DNA from: Promethearchaeota archaeon
GTDB taxonomy: Archaea; Asgardarchaeota; Hermodarchaeia; Hermodarchaeales; Hermodarchaeaceae
Assembly: GCA_048938295.1 (NCBI GenBank)
Contig: JBHLMI010000038.1
Location: forward strand, 1-21,114
Direction of reading: 5' to 3'
Length of the DNA stretch: 21,114 nucleotides
A program made the position numbers and the translations under genes. A model generated the notes under the pieces. That model saw only the letters and a program-made list of their open reading frames with translations, made no database searches and was not told the DNA's origin. Below, in pieces: positions 14,964 to 21,114 of the stretch (position 1 is the stretch's first letter; each line of letters begins with the position of its first letter).

Positions 14964-16865
14964 ATGTCCCGTATTCGAACCCGATTTGGGAGGCGCTGGT
15001 TAAAACAAATCCGAATCCCATCGTTCAAAGTCCTGCTTTTATTATCAACAATTGTTTGCGGATTCGTCTTGACTGGTCTATATTTTAGTTATCCAAGTAA
15101 TCTCCCCGTTCAATTACAACGTTTTCAATCACATACTGAGTTAATTTGGTATGTGCGAAACCATCATCCACCCCAAGGCTATGGATGGGGGTTATGGTTG
15201 GAAGATGGCATCACATTGTCCTCAGGTGATTCTACTCGAGGAGTGGCAGGAATATCCGGGTATTCAACTACAAACGTCCAAGTCGAAGGCGTTGATGAGC
15301 CCGACACGGTCAAAACCGATGGAACCTATATTTTCACAATTACAGACGAAAAGGTTGCAGTTATTGAAGCATATCCTGTGGCCACAGCACACATCAGCAA
15401 TTGGATTTACCCAGAAGGAACACCACTTGCTTTGTTCTTATGGAACGGCTCAAAACTTATCGTGATTAGTCAAGTCACTGACCAAGAAAACACGTGGAAC
15501 TCCTACGAGATTGCACTTCAAGTCTTTGATGTCTCTCAACCGACTTCCATTACCTTACTTCAACGCATCAGCCTGGGGAATTATTATGTCAGTGCTCGGC
15601 TCATTGATGATTATCTATATCTAATCGTCCAAGACTGGATCACCGAAGAGAATGGAATTGTTGAGCTCCCATCAATAACCATAGGAAGCACCACACACCC
15701 CATCCCAGCAGAAACCATCTATTACGATCCTCAATCCTATGACTATGGGTTCTGCTACAATCAAATCCTCGCCCTTGATATCAGCAATCCCGACACTCCT
15801 CCAGACATTGAAACATTCCTTGGTGGAACAGGTACCTGCACAATCTATGCATCTCTTAGCAACCTGTACCTGGCCATATCACATTTTGACTTCCGTGGTG
15901 ACACCTTTTCCGGACATTCTACAGCCATCCATCGTTTTGTAATCTTTGAGGGGCAGATAGCATACGAAGCCAGTGGAGAAGTACCTGGCTTTCTCATTAA
16001 CCAGTTTGCCCTCGATGAAAATGCAGACTATCTGCGCGTCGCTACAACCAGTCAGATAGTAAACTATACAGCTAATCCGAACTTGTTTGTAAGCTCTTGG
16101 ACAGAAGTCAGTAACGTCTATGTCCTAAATCAACAACTCGATACCGTTGGACGACTCGAAGGTTTAGCCCTAGGCGAAAGCATCTACTCAGTTCGATTCC
16201 TCGAAAGCGTATGTTATCTCGTGACCTTCTGGAAAACCGACCCCCTCTTTGTCATTGACATGACTAATCCCACCGCACCACACCTTCAAGGAGAACTGAT
16301 CATTCCAGGATACTCAGATTACCTGCACCCCCTAGGAGATAACCAGCTAGTAGGCATCGGAAAAGACGTCAACGCTTCAGATGGAGAAAACTGGTGGTGG
16401 TATCAGGGGCTCAAACTCAGCCTCTTCAACGCCACAGACCCCTACACCCCAACAGAAAGCGCCAAACTAATTCTTGGCGTACGAGGCACCGAATCACCTG
16501 TCTTACACGACCATCACGCCATCTTGTACCATCCCCACCAGCAGCTCCTCGTCATTCCAGTGCTACTTGCCGAATATACAGACAACAGCACCCATAACCC
16601 ATATGATCACGGTGACTACGTCTGGCAGGGCGTCTACATCTTCTACCTCGACCCCGCCACCGCAACCATTACTATTCAGCACCGAATTACCCATCTCGCC
16701 AACCCCGACGTCCTCCAAGACAATTACTACGAATGGCGATCACACTTCATCACCCGCTCCCTCTACATCAACAACATCCTCTACACCCTCTCACAAGCTA
16801 CACTCCGGTTCCACAACCTCACCGACTTCACACCCCTGGGCGAAATCCAGCTCAATGCAACATAG
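14964..16865 (+). CDS. Membrane-anchored/secreted beta-propeller domain protein (Beta_propel family)
   Basis: Basic N-region plus TM, then YSTTNVQVEGVDEPD.VKTDG, PGFLINQFALDE, GESIYSVRF, TDPLFVID, IPGYSDYLHP and GLKLSLF. ATG 14964 is preferred over TTG 14898. Confidence 0.88.
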   Translation: MSRIRTRFGRRWLKQIRIPSFKVLLLLSTIVCGFVLTGLYFSYPSNLPVQLQRFQSHTELIWYVRNHHPPQGYGWGLWLEDGITLSSGDSTRGVAGISGYSTTNVQVEGVDEPDTVKTDGTYIFTITDEKVAVIEAYPVATAHISNWIYPEGTPLALFLWNGSKLIVISQVTDQENTWNSYEIALQVFDVSQPTSITLLQRISLGNYYVSARLIDDYLYLIVQDWITEENGIVELPSITIGSTTHPIPAETIYYDPQSYDYGFCYNQILALDISNPDTPPDIETFLGGTGTCTIYASLSNLYLAISHFDFRGDTFSGHSTAIHRFVIFEGQIAYEASGEVPGFLINQFALDENADYLRVATTSQIVNYTANPNLFVSSWTEVSNVYVLNQQLDTVGRLEGLALGESIYSVRFLESVCYLVTFWKTDPLFVIDMTNPTAPHLQGELIIPGYSDYLHPLGDNQLVGIGKDVNASDGENWWWYQGLKLSLFNATDPYTPTESAKLILGVRGTESPVLHDHHAILYHPHQQLLVIPVLLAEYTDNSTHNPYDHGDYVWQGVYIFYLDPATATITIQHRITHLANPDVLQDNYYEWRSHFITRSLYINNILYTLSQATLRFHNLTDFTPLGEIQLNAT

Positions 16866-16877
16866 ATGTCGCATCCA

Positions 16878-18734
16878 TTATCGAACCAACTGATACCGCC
16901 CCTTTGCGACGCGCACAAAAACTCCTTGTTTCACCAGCTTTGCCATCCGATCCGCCAGATACGCCGGATACCGATTCGCCACCAACTCCTGCAACACCCC
17001 ATCCCCCTTCAACTCACCTAAGGCTATCTCCCCCTTCCCAGCACTCGCCAATTCAACAATCCGATCACAAATCACCGACGCACTTTGCAACTTCTTAGCA
17101 AACCCTGGATCCAACAACCGTTCCGACCGCCCCTGATCGTGCCGGTGAAGCCGCAACCATTCCTCAAATCCAATACCCCCCTTACTAAACTCCTGATAGA
17201 CCTGTAACTGTTTGACCAAGAAATCACACTGCTCATACCGCGGCGCTAGCTTTCGGTCAAATCTCACCACAACTCCTTCCGACACCACACCGACTCCCCC
17301 ACCCACCGCCGCCGCCAACGCAAGAACCCACCTAGCATCCATCCACTGCCGACGCCCCTGCAAATACCCCCGCACCGTCGTCTCCGGCATCCCCGCCGCC
17401 CGCGCCGCCGCTGCCGCGGTCCCAAATTGATCCAACAACCGCCTCCGCAGCCTACTCCACCATTCGTCTTCCATCACCACCCGATCCCCATCATCCCAGC
17501 CATGCTTCCAAATCCGCGCCAAAAACGCCTCCCCCGCCTCCGTCGTCTGATAAAACGTCGTAAACTTCCGCTTCTCCACCCGCCGAATCCACCCTAATTT
17601 CCGCAACCGCTCCACCACCCGAAACACAAAATCTTCACGAAGCATAAACCGGTGTGCCACATCCGCCACCGAACCAACACCCCGCAGACCGATTAGGACT
17701 AAGAAATCTAAATCAAACCCATCCAACCCCCACTCCCCCCACTTCGCATCACACTCAAGCTGGAACACCAACCGCTCCGCCCGCTCCGGATGCGTAAACC
17801 CAATATGCTCCGCATACCACCCAAACAGCGGCCGATACACATCCAAAATAAACCACGACCGACACGGCTTCACCCCACCCACCGACTTCATGAAAACAGC
17901 AACTTCCTTTGAAGGCAACGTCGCCTCCATCAACTCCACAATCAACCCCCGCATCTGCTCCAAAATCGTCGCACCCCCCGACGTAAACCGAATACAATGC
18001 GCTCCCACATGCCCATCATCATCCCCAAAAGTCCGTACGATTTCACACTTTAGCTCTAAAGGAAGTTGAAAAAATGAACTGGGAAGAGACCCATTTAATT
18101 CATCAAACTTTGCATCTGGATACCAATGATGGAGAAGATAACCGAGCCATTTTGTGAAAGCAACGTATGAACGGGATTTTCCTCGTCTGTCACTATATTT
18201 CCTAGTACACCACGAAATATCTCCAAATACTTCTCTCAAAGTGCTATGGAACTGATTAAGTAAAACTGCATTTCCGTTTGTGTAGTGTGGAGTCTTAGTT
18301 GTTCCATATTCCTCTGTTAGGGTACCGTCTCCTATTAGATGAACCACCAATCGAACAAGATGGTTATCTTCTATAATTGGTATTCGTGGATTTCGTAGCA
18401 GTCCTGACCTTCCGTACCCTTTAATTGCGCGAACGTTTCTTTCAACATCTGAAAGAATATCTGAATTCTTATGAAACTCCTTGTAAGCGCCAATAAGCTT
18501 CAGTAAAACGCTAAGTTCAATGAAAACGGGATCAGCTAAATCTTCGCGATAGTTCACAGCGTATCGGGCCAAAAGGTCAATTTTTGTGTCAAGCTTCTCA
18601 GCGAGAGTTTTCAAAGAGATTTGATCAAGTATTTTTGAAAAGAAGTTTTTGCCAAAATCTGGGTCCAGTTGAACATAGATGTCCTGGGTGTGAAAATCAG
18701 TAAGGTGGAAGTGACGTAGGTTTTGCCTTCCCAT
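16878..18734 (-). CDS. Free-standing two-motif LAGLIDADG-like protein with multiple HTH/winged-helix modules
   Basis: Motif 1 LVVHLIGDG (D136), motif 2 IVRTFGDDDG (D240), and intein-endonuclease-like blocks TSGG..ILEQM and IGFTHPERAERL. HTH-like segments at aa ~20-80, 345-405, 418-478 and 556-616. No splicing residues. Confidence 0.75.
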   Translation of the reverse strand: MGRQNLRHFHLTDFHTQDIYVQLDPDFGKNFFSKILDQISLKTLAEKLDTKIDLLARYAVNYREDLADPVFIELSVLLKLIGAYKEFHKNSDILSDVERNVRAIKGYGRSGLLRNPRIPIIEDNHLVRLVVHLIGDGTLTEEYGTTKTPHYTNGNAVLLNQFHSTLREVFGDISWCTRKYSDRRGKSRSYVAFTKWLGYLLHHWYPDAKFDELNGSLPSSFFQLPLELKCEIVRTFGDDDGHVGAHCIRFTSGGATILEQMRGLIVELMEATLPSKEVAVFMKSVGGVKPCRSWFILDVYRPLFGWYAEHIGFTHPERAERLVFQLECDAKWGEWGLDGFDLDFLVLIGLRGVGSVADVAHRFMLREDFVFRVVERLRKLGWIRRVEKRKFTTFYQTTEAGEAFLARIWKHGWDDGDRVVMEDEWWSRLRRRLLDQFGTAAAAARAAGMPETTVRGYLQGRRQWMDARWVLALAAAVGGGVGVVSEGVVVRFDRKLAPRYEQCDFLVKQLQVYQEFSKGGIGFEEWLRLHRHDQGRSERLLDPGFAKKLQSASVICDRIVELASAGKGEIALGELKGDGVLQELVANRYPAYLADRMAKLVKQGVFVRVAKGRYQLVR

Positions 18735-18763
18735 AGCACATCAATAGGTGCATAAAAAGGAGG

Positions 18764-18771
18764 TACTTAAA
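18764..18771 (-). promoter_or_regulatory. Putative TATA box of the LAGLIDADG-like gene
   Basis: TTTAAGTA on the minus strand, 30 nt upstream of the ATG at 18734. Confidence 0.45.
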
Positions 18772-18788
18772 CCCCACAATTCTTTAAA

Positions 18789-18821
18789 CATCTATCTATA
18801 TAGATGAGGAAAATCTATATA
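18789..18821. repeat. Palindrome plus short direct repeat in the rps19/LAGLIDADG spacer
   Basis: Perfect 12-bp palindrome ATCTATATAGAT (18794-18805), CATCTA-n6-TAGATG (18789-18806), and ATCTATATA repeated at 18794 and 18813. Confidence 0.6.
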
Positions 18822-19226
18822 TTACTTTAGAGGTACGTACTGACTTCCCCTTGTAGCACCAATGCCGGGGTTGCCGTGGCGGACGGCTTTGTTGGTGGGG
18901 GCGTATTCGCCGAGGTAGTGGCCGATGTGTTCGACTTGGATGCTGAGGGGGAGGAATTCTTTGCCGTTGTGGATGCCGAGGGTGAGGCCGACCATTTCGG
19001 GGAGGATGATCATGTCGCGGTTGTGGGTGCGGATCATGGGGGGGTTGCCTTTGCCCATGTGTTGGCGGGTTTTGCGGAGGCGTTCGAGGAGTTTCTTTTG
19101 GCGGGGTGGGAGGCCGCGTTTGAGGCTGCGGCGTTGCCGGGAGGGGAGCAGGTTGATGAACTGGTCCATGGGCATGCGTTGCAGCTCGTCGAGTTCGTAT
19201 CCGCGGTAGGTGAATTTTTTGACCAT
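18822..19226 (-). CDS. rps19: 30S ribosomal protein uS19 (archaeal type)
   Basis: [51 protein letters not shown] and [27 protein letters not shown], and CTTAAAAG TATA-like at 19285-19278. Confidence 0.98.
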   Translation of the reverse strand: MVKKFTYRGYELDELQRMPMDQFINLLPSRQRRSLKRGLPPRQKKLLERLRKTRQHMGKGNPPMIRTHNRDMIILPEMVGLTLGIHNGKEFLPLSIQVEHIGHYLGEYAPTNKAVRHGNPGIGATRGSQYVPLK

Positions 19227-19375
19227 GATCGGTGACCTCGTGGAGGGTTGAGGGGTGGTGGTGGGTGCGATTGCTGCCTTTTAAGCGTTGCTGCTTACCG
19301 TGTCCCTTTTTTGGGGGAGGCAAGCATAAAGCATAAAGGGTGCAGGAGGGAAGGGGCACAGGTCGGGGGGATCCA

Positions 19376-20335
19376 ATGACGACAGACACACGGCGGACGG
19401 TGCTAGTAACGGGCGCGGCAGGCTTCGTGGGCAGCCATTTGGTGGATGCCCTGCTCCGTCAGCGGTGTCGTGTGCGGGGCTTTGATGATCTCTCCACGGG
19501 CACCCTGGCTAACTTAACCTATGCCTTAGACCATGCCGCGTTTTCCTTTGTTGAGGGGGATATCCGTGACCTGAAAGCCGTAGGGGAGATCTGTGATACC
19601 TGTGATGTCGTGGTGCATTTGGCCGCCGTCACGAAGGTCGACGAATCCCTCCGTGAACCGGAAAAATACATGGAGATCAACGTCACAGGCACCCAGAACG
19701 TCCTGCAAGGCGCTGTACAGGCGAATGTGAGTCGAGTTGTCTTTGCCTCCAGTGCCGCGGTGTATGGGACACCGGAAACTGTGCCCACCCCCGAAGCGGC
19801 ATCAACCCACCCTCTCTCACCATATGGCGCCAGTAAATTGCAGGCAGAACAGCTCTGCCAACAAGCCGCTCAAGATCATGGCATCGAAGTCCCCCAATTA
19901 CGGATATTCAACGTCTTTGGTTCTCGCCAGCCCTCGGATAACGAAGCGGGGGTGATTAGCATCTTCATCGATCGTGCCCAGCAAGGATTGCCACTGATAA
20001 TTTTCGGTGACGGGTATCAAACCCGCGACTTCATTTACATCAGAGACGTTACTGAAGCCATACTGCAGGCCGCTACGCTGGAGACTGTCCCCTCCGTGCC
20101 AATCAATATAGGGACCGGAATTCCGATCTCGGTGCGTGAACTCGCCGAAGTCATACAAGAGCTCATCCCCTCCTGTTCCACCGAACTTCTCTTTGAACCC
20201 CCCAGGCCCGGAGACATCTATCATAGTGTAGCGCAAATTACCCGCATGCAGCAACTCCTCCAATTTACACCTACCTATTCCTTATTTGATGGATTACGCG
20301 ATTATTGTATGCCCGAATCTGGGTCAACAGAATAG
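19376..20335 (+). CDS. NAD-dependent nucleotide-sugar epimerase/dehydratase (extended SDR)
   Basis: VLVTGAAGFVGS (GxxGxxG), HLAA, FASSAAVYG, YGASK (YxxxK), FNVFG and RDFIYI. ATG 19376 is preferred over GTG 19340. Confidence 0.94.
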   Translation: MTTDTRRTVLVTGAAGFVGSHLVDALLRQRCRVRGFDDLSTGTLANLTYALDHAAFSFVEGDIRDLKAVGEICDTCDVVVHLAAVTKVDESLREPEKYMEINVTGTQNVLQGAVQANVSRVVFASSAAVYGTPETVPTPEAASTHPLSPYGASKLQAEQLCQQAAQDHGIEVPQLRIFNVFGSRQPSDNEAGVISIFIDRAQQGLPLIIFGDGYQTRDFIYIRDVTEAILQAATLETVPSVPINIGTGIPISVRELAEVIQELIPSCSTELLFEPPRPGDIYHSVAQITRMQQLLQFTPTYSLFDGLRDYCMPESGSTE

Positions 20336-20398
20336 AAGAATTAAAAAACAGCATTACAATCGTCACAGACAGGATGAAGGTTGTCAGGAGGTTATCCT

Positions 20399-21114
20399 GT
20401 GACGCTCATGGATATGAAACCAGCTGAGATTGAAAAAGCGCTTACATCCGGGAAACTCAATATCGCGGTCGTCGGTGCCGGACGCATCGGACTCCCCACT
20501 GCCGTCTTGTTCGCAAAGGCGGGGGCAAAGGTCACAGCCTGTGACATCGACCCCAAAGTCGTCACCTGCATCACCAACGGGGAAAACTACATCGATGAAC
20601 CCGGCCTTGACGAGTTATTCGAAGCGGTCGTAGAAAGTGGAAACCTCACCTCCTCCTTAGATACCGCACAAATCACCAGCTCCTCGGATGCCATCATCAT
20701 CTCGGTACCCACCCCCGTGACCCAAGACAAAGTCCCCGCTTATGATCACATCCTGAGTGCCGCCCAGGCCGTCGGAAAAGGCCTGCGGCCAGGTTCCCTG
20801 GTCGTCGTTGAAAGCACCATTGGGCCCGGCACCCTAGAAACCCTCCTTATCCCCGTTATTGAGAAAGCCTCCGGGCTCACCGTCGGGAAAGATTTCCTCG
20901 CTGCCAGTTGCCCTGAACGCGCCGATCCCGGCTCCATCATCACCCGTTTCCGGTCCATCCCCCGCATCATCGGTGGGTACACCGAACAAGCCTCTGAGGT
21001 CGCCGCGGCGATTTATCGTCCCCTCGCCGAAGACATTCTCATTGTCCCCAACCCCAAGACCGCCAACGCCGTCAAACTCACCGAAAACATCTTCCGCGAC
21101 GTCAACATCGCCCT
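20399..21114 (+). CDS. Nucleotide-sugar 6-dehydrogenase (UDP-ManNAc/UDP-GlcNAc dehydrogenase, WecC/WbpA-like), 3'-truncated
   Basis: Not in the ORF track because it has no stop in the window. Translates to NIAVVGAGRIGLPTA, ISVPTP, VVESTIGPGT, SCPERADPG, RIIGG and KLTENIFRDVNIA. GTG 20399 lies 6 nt after GGAGGT; in-frame ATGs at 20408 and 20414. Confidence 0.93.
   Translation, partial: MTLMDMKPAEIEKALTSGKLNIAVVGAGRIGLPTAVLFAKAGAKVTACDIDPKVVTCITNGENYIDEPGLDELFEAVVESGNLTSSLDTAQITSSSDAIIISVPTPVTQDKVPAYDHILSAAQAVGKGLRPGSLVVVESTIGPGTLETLLIPVIEKASGLTVGKDFLAASCPERADPGSIITRFRSIPRIIGGYTEQASEVAAAIYRPLAEDILIVPNPKTANAVKLTENIFRDVNIA

Noticed and set aside
14964-15040. Twin-arginine (Tat) signal in the beta-propeller protein (FGRRWLK)
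   Set aside because: It does not fit S/T-R-R-x-F-L-K spacing, and the hydrophobic core starts about 10 residues later. A basic N-region before a Sec anchor is sufficient explanation.
16878-18734. Intein or intron interpretation of the LAGLIDADG ORF
   Set aside because: It starts MGR and ends YQLVR, with no Cys/Ser...His-Asn splice residues, no HINT blocks and no interrupted host gene or RNA on either side.
16862-18806. ATAGATG at 16862-16868 and 18800-18806 as a target-site duplication (and ATAGATGT/ACATCTAT as terminal inverted repeats) around the LAGLIDADG-like gene
   Set aside because: Matches of 7-8 bp are near chance for the windows searched, one copy sits in low-complexity AT DNA, and homing endonucleases do not make TSDs. 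Worth revisiting only if an empty allele is found.
18050-18830. Replication origin (skew flips from C-rich to G-rich across an AT-rich block)
   Set aside because: The AT-rich block is mostly coding, the G-rich side lasts under 1 kb before C-richness returns, and there are no ORB-like repeats or cdc6/orc1 gene.
18796-19389. 197-aa minus-strand ORF and other long ORFs overlapping rps19
   Set aside because: Pro/His/Arg-rich off-frame products of the C-skewed rps19 coding strand, with no family motifs.

Overview
Archaeal chromosomal window with SD-type ribosome-binding sites and BRE/TATA-like promoters. The lineage looks TACK/Asgard-like, but that is inference only. The left 6 kb is a core translation block: dtdA (5'-partial)-secE-spt5-[small membrane ORF]-rpl11-rpl1-rpl10-rpl12, converging on a coupled NOL1/NOP2 m5C methyltransferase-nip7 pair, followed by a lone hypC. 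The middle is a cell-surface glycosylation region: a small two-helix membrane protein resembling eukaryotic DPM2, divergent from a GDP-mannose pyrophosphorylase-like gene; a split DUF1616-like module; two GT4 glycosyltransferases; and a MOP/Wzx-type flippase. The right part holds an FKBP/SlyD PPIase, a membrane-anchored beta-propeller protein, a free-standing 618-aa LAGLIDADG-like protein with about four HTH-type modules and a compositionally chimeric gene, an orphan rps19, an NAD-dependent epimerase and a 3'-partial nucleotide-sugar dehydrogenase that the ORF track misses. I found no tRNA, rRNA, CRISPR array or transposase. Best leads: (1) the DPM2-like gene paired with GDP-mannose synthesis; (2) the LAGLIDADG/multi-HTH gene next to the displaced rps19; (3) the wHTH-fused split DUF1616 module. 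All family calls come from motif recognition by eye, with no database search, and base counts are hand counts.
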